Source: Flavobacteriales bacterium
Lineage (GTDB): Bacteria > Bacteroidota > Bacteroidia > UBA10329
Direction of reading: 5' to 3'
NCBI GenBank assembly: GCA_021741075.1
Contig: JAIOYO010000002.1
Coordinates: 28,848 to 92,847 of the forward strand
DNA length: 64,000 nt
Shown: piece by piece, positions 1 through 8,388 of the stretch
How positions within the stretch are numbered: position 1 is the stretch's first letter
Layout: every line of letters starts with the position of its first letter
Made by a program: the position numbers and the translations under genes
The notes under the pieces: model-generated
What the model saw: only the letters and a program-made list of their open reading frames with translations
Databases searched by the model: none
Told to the model about the DNA's origin: nothing

Positions 1-20
1 TAGGCACGGAAAAACTGCAC

Positions 21-494
21 ATGCAAACGCTTTGCGGCATCGCGCATTTCGATTACAACATGCCGAATGTCTATTCCTACGAACAGGCATTTCAGGTAAT
101 GCGGCAACTACGACTACCCTACTCAGACGCGGAAGAGTTGTTCCGAAGAATGGTGTTCAACGTACTCTGTTTCAACTGTGATGACCACACGAAGAACATT
201 TCATTCTTGATGGACAAGCGTGGCGAATGGCGGCTTTCTCCTGCGTATGATATGACCTATGCCTACAATCCTGAGAACCGCTGGCTGAAACAGCATCAGA
301 TGGCGGTGAACGGAAAACGCGAGAACATCTATCGGAGCGATTTGTTGAAAGTGGCCAGTGAAATGAACATCAAAAGGGCGTTGGAAATAATCGCCTCCGT
401 TCAGCAAGCGGTTGCAAATTGGTCGAAATACGCTGAAGAGGCTGGAATGCCCATCGGCCAGATCGATAAAATCGACCGATTGATCAATCCCTAA
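21..494 (+). CDS. HipA-like Ser/Thr kinase toxin, C-terminal domain (probably 5'-truncated by window edge)
   Basis: Motif DDHTKNISFL matches the HipA_C catalytic loop (DDHxKNxS). Reading frame is open to the window start, so the N-terminal part of the gene is likely outside. Confidence 0.55.
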   Translation: MQTLCGIAHFDYNMPNVYSYEQAFQVMRQLRLPYSDAEELFRRMVFNVLCFNCDDHTKNISFLMDKRGEWRLSPAYDMTYAYNPENRWLKQHQMAVNGKRENIYRSDLLKVASEMNIKRALEIIASVQQAVANWSKYAEEAGMPIGQIDKIDRLINP

Positions 495-2804
495 TTACTT
501 GCCCTTAGCGGCAGCCCGCTTGGCGCGCTGCATCGGGTTCTCATCAGGACGATCAATTCCTTTGAAAAGCTCGAAACGAGTAGGCTCCTGTTTAGGTGGC
601 CAGTAGTTGTTGTTTCGGTCGATGTCGGCTGTTTCCAAAGTCGGGTCCAGCACTACGCGCACGAGTTCCTTCTCGGAGAAAAACACCTTACTCACCTTCT
701 TGTCGTTGGTCTTCCATATCTCGGCCGGAATACGATGCGTTTCTTTGGTTCCGTCTGAATACTCCAATTCGAGAATGACAGGCATTACCAATTCTCCGGG
801 CGATGAAATATCGATCTGGTAATAGTTCAACTTGGAATTGAGAAGCTCTTTTTCGTTCTCGGAAAGGCGAGCCATGTAACGATCGTAATCTTCGCTATCC
901 AGAATGGTCCATTTGAAGCGGTCGTATTCGTTATTGTAGAAATCGCGGGTTCGAGCATCTTTTTCAACCACACTTTGGAAAGCGTTCTCATTCCGCATAT
1001 CACTGATGTACTGTTCCTTCGCATCTTCTTGCTTCTTGGCCAGCGGTTTCTCTACCGAAGGATCCTTGGTATCAACCTGAAACCACTTCACGGCATCCAA
1101 GCTCTGATCCACGTGTTCGGTGGTATAGAACCAGCCTCTCCAAAACCAATCGAGGTCAACGCCTGAAGCATCTTCCATCGTGCGGAAAAAGTCTGCTGGA
1201 GACGGATGTTTGAAGGCCCAACGTCTTGCGTATTCCTTGAACGAATAATCGAAAAGTTCGCGACCCATCACAGTTTCGCGGAGAATATTCAATGCAGTGG
1301 CGGGCTTACCGTAAGCGTTGTTCCCGAACTGAAGAATGCTTTCACTGTTGGTCATGATCGGTACCATTCCGTTCTTATCGCCTTTCATGTAATCGACAAT
1401 ATTCGGAGCAGGACCTCTTCTGGTAGGAAAATCCTTATCCCATTCTTTCTCGGTCAAATATTCCACAAATGAATTCAAACCCTCGTCCATCCAGGTCCAT
1501 TGGCGCTCATCAGAATTGATGATCATTGGGAAGAAATTGTGGCCCACTTCGTGAACAATTACCCCGATCATGCGGTGCTTAGTGTCTGCCGTGTAAGTGC
1601 CATCCTTTTCGGGTCTTCCAAAGTTGAAACAGATCATCGGATACTCCATTCCGATCCTGTCGGCATGGACGGAAATGGCAACAGGATAAGGATAATCAAT
1701 CGTGTATTTGCTGTAGGTTTTGAGCGTATGGGCGACAACGCGCGTAGAATATTGCTCCCAAAGTGGATTTCCTTCCTTCGGATAATAACTCATTGCCATC
1801 ACTTTCTTGCCCGCGATGTCAACGCCCATCGCGTCCCAAATGAATTTTCGTGAGGTTGCAAATGCAAAGTCGCGCACATTCGTGGCCTTGTAGGTCCAGG
1901 TTTTCTTCTCAGTTGTTCCTTCCTTCTCATTCTCTTCTGCGTCTTTCTGCGTAACGATGATGACGGGTTCGGTAGCTGTTTTCGCCTGATTGAACTTGTC
2001 CATTTGTGCCGAAGTCAATACTTGGCTATAGTTCTGGCAGAATCCGGTTGCACCTACAATATGATCGGCCGGAACGGTGATGTTCACTTTATAGTCTCCG
2101 AACGGAAGTGCAAATTCACCACTTCCCAAGAACTGCTTGTGCTGCCATCCTTCCACCTCATTGTAAACACATAGCCGAGGGAAGAACTGCGCAATGGTGT
2201 AGAGGTAATTCTTGTCCTCTGGAAAGTATTCGTATCCCGAACGACCACCGATCTTCATCCGGTCGTTGATGTTGTACGACCATTTGACCTTGATCACTGT
2301 TTTTCCCTTCGACTTTAGCGCTTTTGGAAGATCCACGCGCATCATGGTGTTCACCACGGTAGCCTTCAGGTCATTTCCAGCGGCATCTTTCACGTATTCC
2401 ATCTTGAAACCACCATCAAAATCATTGTGAATCCGCCCGAGGTCTCCAAATCCCATTCGGTCGTTTATTTCGGCCGTACCGATCTTCTTGGTGTCGCTGT
2501 CCTTGGCGCGCATGTTCTGATCCAGTTGCAGCCACAGGTAGGTCAATTCATCTGGCGAATTGTTCCAGTAAGTAATGGTGCTTGTTCCATACAGGCGCTG
2601 TGTGGCATCGTCCAGTTCAATGTCCATGTCGTAATCGACCTGCTGCTGATAATACTCATGCCCAGGTGCTCCACTTGCCGTGCGGTACACATTTGGGGTG
2701 GGAAGTTCCTGTCCGAGCTGCGCAAACTTGCTGGCGCTGTTGTTCTCCTGAGAGAAAAGGAAAAGAGGAGAAAGGAGAAAAAGAAGAATGGAAATGCGTT
2801 TCAT
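495..2804 (-). CDS. M1-family zinc aminopeptidase, secreted
   Basis: HEVGHNFF...WMDEGLNSF gives the HExxH-18-E zinc site, with a GMEYP (GAMEN-like) motif. Signal peptide MKRISILLFLLSPLFLFSQ begins at an internal ATG at 2804; the listed ORF extends to 2906. Confidence 0.8.
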   Translation of the reverse strand: MKRISILLFLLSPLFLFSQENNSASKFAQLGQELPTPNVYRTASGAPGHEYYQQQVDYDMDIELDDATQRLYGTSTITYWNNSPDELTYLWLQLDQNMRAKDSDTKKIGTAEINDRMGFGDLGRIHNDFDGGFKMEYVKDAAGNDLKATVVNTMMRVDLPKALKSKGKTVIKVKWSYNINDRMKIGGRSGYEYFPEDKNYLYTIAQFFPRLCVYNEVEGWQHKQFLGSGEFALPFGDYKVNITVPADHIVGATGFCQNYSQVLTSAQMDKFNQAKTATEPVIIVTQKDAEENEKEGTTEKKTWTYKATNVRDFAFATSRKFIWDAMGVDIAGKKVMAMSYYPKEGNPLWEQYSTRVVAHTLKTYSKYTIDYPYPVAISVHADRIGMEYPMICFNFGRPEKDGTYTADTKHRMIGVIVHEVGHNFFPMIINSDERQWTWMDEGLNSFVEYLTEKEWDKDFPTRRGPAPNIVDYMKGDKNGMVPIMTNSESILQFGNNAYGKPATALNILRETVMGRELFDYSFKEYARRWAFKHPSPADFFRTMEDASGVDLDWFWRGWFYTTEHVDQSLDAVKWFQVDTKDPSVEKPLAKKQEDAKEQYISDMRNENAFQSVVEKDARTRDFYNNEYDRFKWTILDSEDYDRYMARLSENEKELLNSKLNYYQIDISSPGELVMPVILELEYSDGTKETHRIPAEIWKTNDKKVSKVFFSEKELVRVVLDPTLETADIDRNNNYWPPKQEPTRFELFKGIDRPDENPMQRAKRAAAKGK

Positions 2805-2833
2805 ACTGTTTGAATAGAGCGTGCAGAATTCTC

Positions 2834-3394
2834 TTAGAACGGAATTCGTTGGGCGGCCAAAAGTAAGGAAATGCCTCCCGACACTATGGAAAACACCGTG
2901 TTCCAATGAGCTTGTTTAACACTTATTGTCTTTATGAGTGCGTATTGCACCATGAATATCAGCCCGACAACCAACAATTGACCAAGCTCAATGCCGATGT
3001 TGAAGGCAAAAAGCGGCATCAACAGTTCATCACCCAAAAGCGAGCGCAGGTAATTGGAGAAGCCCATTCCGTGGATGAGGCCGAAACCAAGCACCATGAA
3101 ATAAGTTGCCGTTGCTGTTTTTTGCTGTTTCGCGATAAGGTTTTTAGCGGCTGTTGCAGCAATCGTTATTGGAATGAGAAATTCAATCCAAGCTGCATTC
3201 ACAGGAATGATGTTCAGAACAGCTAACGCAAGCGTGATGGAATGCCCGACCGTGAAAGCAGTGACGAGCACGAGAATTTTCTTCCATTCGAAATACTGAT
3301 AGGCCGCACACAGCGCCAACAGGAACAGCATATGATCATAGCCGTTAAGATCAGTAATGTGCTCAAATCCGAGCTGGAAGTAGGTTGGGAACAT
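2834..3394 (-). CDS. HupE/UreJ-family membrane protein (metal transport accessory)
   Basis: Starts at MFPTYF (internal ATG), with G..H....G.DH.LF motif (GFEHITDLNGYDHMLF) and about 5 TM helices. The start overlaps the upstream stop codon in a TAATG arrangement. Confidence 0.45.
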   Translation of the reverse strand: MFPTYFQLGFEHITDLNGYDHMLFLLALCAAYQYFEWKKILVLVTAFTVGHSITLALAVLNIIPVNAAWIEFLIPITIAATAAKNLIAKQQKTATATYFMVLGFGLIHGMGFSNYLRSLLGDELLMPLFAFNIGIELGQLLVVGLIFMVQYALIKTISVKQAHWNTVFSIVSGGISLLLAAQRIPF

Positions 3395-4584
3395 TAATCG
3401 AAGATCACCTTCGCACCATACACATTCTCCACCGACACGCCCAGATTGAGGTAACCCGTAAGCAGGTTCTTCTCCTTGTCCCAATTCAGGTCGGAGAACC
3501 ACGTTTTCATTCCCTCGCGTCTGATCGGGTTGGAAGTGCTGTATCGAATCACCTTCCCTTTCAGGCCAGCATCCGTGAAGGTGAAGGTCTTCTCCCAAAA
3601 ATAGAGGTCAGAAGCTGTTTCGGGAATACCCTGAAGCTTGCTCAACCACTCAGCATCAAACATGTCATGAAGCAAATGCTCAAGTGTAATTTGTAGAGTG
3701 TCGTTTTTTAGGTCGAACACGAATGGCACCGAAACCTGCCCCACGCGTGGCTCCTTTTTCTTGTACCAACCACGGAAACGGTTGCTCGCCTCTTTCATAT
3801 AACCTACATACCATGTTTGGCTGGTTTCCGTCAAGCGGTCGGGATGCGTGTCGTACCACCACAGCCATTCGTAAGGATGGATCTCGGGATGGCCCGTGTG
3901 GTTGTAATCAGCCACAAAGGCTCCGTAAAGTCCGAAGGTGGTGTGATCTGAGCCGATGTTCGGATGTTCCTTCGATGAGTTGGGCTGCATGACCGGATAG
4001 AACTTCTCGTTGAGCAGCGGTAGATATTCCTGTGGTGGCGTGATCTCGCAGTGCATTCGGTAGCGCTTGATGTTCTCCAGCGTTTCGGGATAGATCCAAG
4101 GCGCCTCATCAAAGTTCTTGATGCGATTGAACCGGTTCTTGTCGCGCTGCTGCTTAATGCCGACCCAAGTAAGGTCAATGTACTTTCTGATGCGCGGAAT
4201 GAGGTTGAAGTTGACGTCATATTCCGTGAAGCGAGGGCCGTGGCCTGGAACACGGATGCCATCTCGTTCGGTTCCTACGAATTTCTGTTTCGTCATATTC
4301 AGCGCCTTCCATTTATAGCCGAAAATGCTGATGATCCAACCCGCTTCGCCCACGCGGTGCCGCTGGCTTTTTGATGGCAGAACGCTATCAATCGAAAACG
4401 CTTTTACAAGGTCAACCAGTTCTTCGTTCAGGCTGTCGTTGTCGCTGATGAACTGTCGGTCTTTGGTTAGCAGAAGCCAGTTTTCCGAGGTTGGTACGTA
4501 GGACGAAACAATCAGGTTGTTCTGACCGAATGATTGAAGAAAAAGGAAAAAGGAAATAAGAGAAATAGTGATTGTTCTAAACAT
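3394..4584 (-). CDS. hypothetical secreted protein
   Basis: 396-aa ORF with N-terminal signal peptide (LFLQSFGQ). No recognisable catalytic motif. Confidence 0.5.
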   Translation of the reverse strand: MFRTITISLISFFLFLQSFGQNNLIVSSYVPTSENWLLLTKDRQFISDNDSLNEELVDLVKAFSIDSVLPSKSQRHRVGEAGWIISIFGYKWKALNMTKQKFVGTERDGIRVPGHGPRFTEYDVNFNLIPRIRKYIDLTWVGIKQQRDKNRFNRIKNFDEAPWIYPETLENIKRYRMHCEITPPQEYLPLLNEKFYPVMQPNSSKEHPNIGSDHTTFGLYGAFVADYNHTGHPEIHPYEWLWWYDTHPDRLTETSQTWYVGYMKEASNRFRGWYKKKEPRVGQVSVPFVFDLKNDTLQITLEHLLHDMFDAEWLSKLQGIPETASDLYFWEKTFTFTDAGLKGKVIRYSTSNPIRREGMKTWFSDLNWDKEKNLLTGYLNLGVSVENVYGAKVIFD

Positions 4585-4618
4585 GAGATTGCTTCTTTCC
4601 TCGCAATGAAGAGGCTAA

Positions 4619-5146
4619 TTATTTACCGTCCGTTCTACTAAAATCGACCTTGTCTCCAACGGCAACTCCGTGAATGTCACAGAATCCCTCGATCAGTTCC
4701 AAAACATACTTCGCGGGTCCTTTTGACGGAATGGATCTGTCTGATTTCGGTACACAGTATTTGGCAATGCTCTCTATGGTGCCATCTTGTTTGATGTAGA
4801 GAATATCCAGCCCCATCAACGTGTTGTGCATCCAAAACGAGCGGGGCTCTTCCTCCTCAAAAATGAACAGCATTCCTTGCGTCTCAGGCATGCTCCAACG
4901 ATGCATCAAACCGATGGTGCGTTCACTTTCAATATCAGCAATCTCAATGTCGATCTTCCGAATGGTGTCACCAGTTGCCTTCAGCAAAATCAGCTCTCCT
5001 TCCTTCTTGAACTGCGGACCTGTTGGGCGGACTTCCGACTTACCCATGTCCTTTCTGTCAGTTTTAGTTGATGTTCCAGAATCGCTTTCGCAGCCTACAA
5101 ATCCGGCAACCAATAGTGCCAAAAGGATGTTTTTCAACTTACTCAT
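4619..5146 (-). CDS. DUF192-family lipoprotein
   Basis: Lipobox-like LVAGFVGC. Central WMHNTLMGLDILYI segment is typical of DUF192/COG1430. Confidence 0.5.
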   Translation of the reverse strand: MSKLKNILLALLVAGFVGCESDSGTSTKTDRKDMGKSEVRPTGPQFKKEGELILLKATGDTIRKIDIEIADIESERTIGLMHRWSMPETQGMLFIFEEEEPRSFWMHNTLMGLDILYIKQDGTIESIAKYCVPKSDRSIPSKGPAKYVLELIEGFCDIHGVAVGDKVDFSRTDGK

Positions 5147-6999
5147 TTTCTGTCCTTCGGAAATGGATATACTCCGTTCAAATTATTTAGATCGGCCAAG
5201 CGGTTCGAGGGGTCAATCGTGATGCTCTCGATCTTTTGCTTTTTCAGACCCACCTCAAAAGTATAGTTTGGATTCGTCCATTCCCAATCAGGAAGTATGG
5301 TCCTGTCCGTTTGCCCTTCTTCGGCTGGTTTTTCGCCACGCATCAACCCAACCGGAATGTAATACCAATTGGTGTTTCCGTCCTTGTCAACGATCTTGAT
5401 ATCTAGTGGCATTGGAAGCTGACCGATTCGTTTCAGCTCGATGACGGTTCGACCCTTCTTCTCTTTTTCAATTTCTTCGATGCTGTAATCAATGACCTGC
5501 GTAGTTCCAACCCACAGGTCCATGAACCAATTGAGTTCAAGTCCAGAGGTTTTTTCCATCACCCGAAGAAAATCGTTCGGAGTTGGATGCTTGAAGCCCC
5601 ATTCATTGAAGTAGCGCTTCATACCTTTCCAAAAGGCTTCTTTTCCAACGATGTATTCCAATTGCATGAGGAAAATGGAGCCTTTTACATAGGATGAAAT
5701 TCCGTAGCAATAGTTGGTCTGAAAATGGTCTGCATGGGTGGTCAGCGGCTCTTCTACCCCGTTTTTGTGCAATTCCGCCAAGCGTTGAATGTCGTTTGCA
5801 TGTGGGTTGGAAACGGGCTTAGAACTCAGCGCATTGAGCACATGATCCTGAGCGTAAGAGGTAAATCCCTCGTCCATCCATGGATATTTACTCTCGTTTG
5901 TGGCAAGCACTCCATAGTACCAATTATGAAATGCCTCGTGAACAGTTACACTTAACAGCCCGCCATAATTTCTGCCGGAAGTTATGAGTGTTGCCATCGG
6001 GTACTCCATGCCTCCATCTCCTCCTTGAATGACCGAGAATTGTTTGTACGGATACTTGCCGAATTTCTCGTTCATTAGGGAGAATGCACCTGTGAATTCA
6101 TTCTGCAATCGCAACCAATGCCCGCTCGTATCAGGCAAATAGAGGAAATGTAAGGTCGGGCCATCGGGAACCTGCGTGGTATGATGCACATAATCCGGGT
6201 CAGCTGCCCAAGCGAAATCGTGTACCTGTGGTGCCACAAAGTGCCAAGTTAGTTTTTCTCCAAGTGGTGGCTTTACCTCCACTCCCGGAGCGGCATATCC
6301 GTGTCCGATCTCGTTCGGGTTTTGCAAATAGCCAGTTCCTCCGATCACGTACTTTTTATCGATGGAGATTTTCACATCAAAATCGCCCCAAACACCATAG
6401 AATTCTCTTCCTACGTAAGGATCAGAATGCCAGCCTTCGTAGTCGTATTCGGCCATTTTCGGATACCATTGCGTCATGGAATAATCGATGCCTTGCGCAT
6501 TATCGCGTCCGCTTCTTCTTACCTGCAACGGAACTTGGGAGTTGAAATCCATCAGAAACTCCGATTTCTGTCCAGGTAGAATTGGCTTGGCAAGATCAAC
6601 TTCCAGAACGGTTCCCTGAACGTGAAATTTCAAGGGCTGTCCATCCTGGGTGAACTTACCGATCTTGTGATAACCGATTTCTTCGGGCGTCAGTTTCGAA
6701 ATTCTGTCGGCTACTCTTGGGTCTGCATCTCTAATGGTCCGAGAACGAATATCCATCATGCTGCCAGGCTGAAAAGCATTGAAATAGAGGTGATAGAAAA
6801 CCTTTGTGAGCGTATCGGGAGAGTTGTTGGTGTACACCAGTTTTTGCTTGCCAGAAAATTGATGCTTGGCCGCGTCCATGTCAATCTCCATTTGATAGGA
6901 GGCGTGTTGCTGCCAATAGCCGTGCTGCGAAAACAGCCGGGAAGAAATTAACATCAAAACCACCACGAGTCTTATCTTATTCATAGAAGTGAAACGCAT
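5143..6999 (-). CDS. M1-family zinc metallopeptidase, secreted
   Basis: HEAFHNWYY...WMDEGFTSY gives HExxH-18-E, with a GGMEYP motif. Signal peptide ends ..SRLFSQ. Confidence 0.75.
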   Translation of the reverse strand: MRFTSMNKIRLVVVLMLISSRLFSQHGYWQQHASYQMEIDMDAAKHQFSGKQKLVYTNNSPDTLTKVFYHLYFNAFQPGSMMDIRSRTIRDADPRVADRISKLTPEEIGYHKIGKFTQDGQPLKFHVQGTVLEVDLAKPILPGQKSEFLMDFNSQVPLQVRRSGRDNAQGIDYSMTQWYPKMAEYDYEGWHSDPYVGREFYGVWGDFDVKISIDKKYVIGGTGYLQNPNEIGHGYAAPGVEVKPPLGEKLTWHFVAPQVHDFAWAADPDYVHHTTQVPDGPTLHFLYLPDTSGHWLRLQNEFTGAFSLMNEKFGKYPYKQFSVIQGGDGGMEYPMATLITSGRNYGGLLSVTVHEAFHNWYYGVLATNESKYPWMDEGFTSYAQDHVLNALSSKPVSNPHANDIQRLAELHKNGVEEPLTTHADHFQTNYCYGISSYVKGSIFLMQLEYIVGKEAFWKGMKRYFNEWGFKHPTPNDFLRVMEKTSGLELNWFMDLWVGTTQVIDYSIEEIEKEKKGRTVIELKRIGQLPMPLDIKIVDKDGNTNWYYIPVGLMRGEKPAEEGQTDRTILPDWEWTNPNYTFEVGLKKQKIESITIDPSNRLADLNNLNGVYPFPKDRK

Positions 7000-8386
7000 T
7001 TTTTAAGATTCTTTTCAATGATTTGGAATCAGAAATTCCATTTAAAGTCATTATAGTAATTGACAAAACAACCACTTCAATCGTCCAATTACTGTATCTA
7101 AAATCATTGCTTGGAGCAATTATCAGATACGGCAGCCAATAAAGCAAAGCGCTAATTCCCATCCCCAATAAAAACAATCTCTGCTCAGAATTTGGTCTAA
7201 AGAAAAGGAATGTCAGAACGATCAATAGCAATGATAAGTATGGAATCAAATTGTAAAAGCCGAACCGAGACAATCTTGTAATTAAATCGTTTTCGATTTT
7301 TAACAATGCTGACTCATGATTCATCGCGTATCTTTTCAAATCTAAGTTTTCGTCTCCTTTCCAATAGCTGGTGTGAAAAATGTACGCCATATAAGGCCTC
7401 CATCTTCCGTTTCCTACTAGTTCGTTTAATGACCGAATTCTAATACGAACATAATCTGCAGGATGATTAATTATAGAGCGTAGGCCGGTATTAAAAAACG
7501 CTTTACCATACTCTGGGTCTTCCCAAACTTTTGGTTTAATTATGCCTGAACCAAAAACTATTGAATTATTGCTAGCATCGTTGTAATAACGTTTTAGTAC
7601 TTCAACATTGGCCGAATCGGCATTCTCGAAAGCATCAACAGGAATTAGCATTTCGTCACTTTCAATAGATAAACCTGCTAGGTTCCAAAACACCAACTGG
7701 TTAATTAAATAGGGGTATCGAACCTCTACGCCAATTTGGTTGATTTTTTTTGACGCAAAAACCATAGAAAGAATAAACGTACAACTAAATAAGACCTTCA
7801 CAAACCATTTAGCTCGCGCTTGCATTAAATCAAACGTCATCATAAAAACCAACGGGATTACAGCGGTAATCGCGTTATGTCTGACACCACATGCAACCAT
7901 CAAGAAAAGCCATATTACTGGCAATAAAAAAAACCAAAACTTTGATTTTTGGCTTTTGATTGGTTTTCTTATTGCCAAATAAAGTCCTAGCGAAAAAAGA
8001 ATGGTTGACAGCATCAGCGCATCTTTCCAAACAGAGGCCATCATAAACCAGGTAACAGGAAAAAAGCCTACAAAAACAAGGGCCAAAGCCTTTGCAACTA
8101 ACCCTCTGTTATTTAAGGCAAACTGCACTATCAAGCCCAACCCAATCCAATAAAGAATGGATTGAAGCACGAGTAATCCTGATGGACCTTCAATAATAGC
8201 ATTGGTCAATTTCCAGATTTGGATAACCATTGGAGGATGCCAGTCTGAAACAGGTATAATTCCATTTAGTTGGTACCATTGAGATAGAGAGTCATTTCCC
8301 ATGCTTCCTGGGAAGAAGAGCCAAATGGAAAAGGAGCAACAAATTGCAACTACAAACCAATAAATGGAATTAGCTTTTAAGGTCAC
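6977..8386 (-). CDS. polytopic integral membrane protein (possible GT-C-like glycosyltransferase)
   Basis: 469 aa with more than 10 predicted TM segments. No soluble catalytic motif recognised. Confidence 0.4.
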   Translation of the reverse strand: MTLKANSIYWFVVAICCSFSIWLFFPGSMGNDSLSQWYQLNGIIPVSDWHPPMVIQIWKLTNAIIEGPSGLLVLQSILYWIGLGLIVQFALNNRGLVAKALALVFVGFFPVTWFMMASVWKDALMLSTILFSLGLYLAIRKPIKSQKSKFWFFLLPVIWLFLMVACGVRHNAITAVIPLVFMMTFDLMQARAKWFVKVLFSCTFILSMVFASKKINQIGVEVRYPYLINQLVFWNLAGLSIESDEMLIPVDAFENADSANVEVLKRYYNDASNNSIVFGSGIIKPKVWEDPEYGKAFFNTGLRSIINHPADYVRIRIRSLNELVGNGRWRPYMAYIFHTSYWKGDENLDLKRYAMNHESALLKIENDLITRLSRFGFYNLIPYLSLLLIVLTFLFFRPNSEQRLFLLGMGISALLYWLPYLIIAPSNDFRYSNWTIEVVVLSITIMTLNGISDSKSLKRILKNAFHFYE

Positions 8387-8388
8387 AA

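Noticed and set aside
2805-2906. Upstream extension of the M1 peptidase ORF to 2906
   Set aside because: The signal peptide MKRISILLFLLSPLFLFSQ starts at the internal Met (2804). The 34-aa extension upstream would bury the signal peptide.
3831-4262. 143-aa minus-strand ORF (and similar 61-128 aa ORFs such as 2427..2813, 9382..9837, 10069..10455, 13140..13613, 41077..41523, 44665..45051, 50212..50586, 61747..62124)
   Set aside because: Each lies wholly inside a longer, motif-supported CDS in another frame or on the opposite strand, and has low-complexity or Arg/Ser-rich composition. These are shadow ORFs rather than genes.
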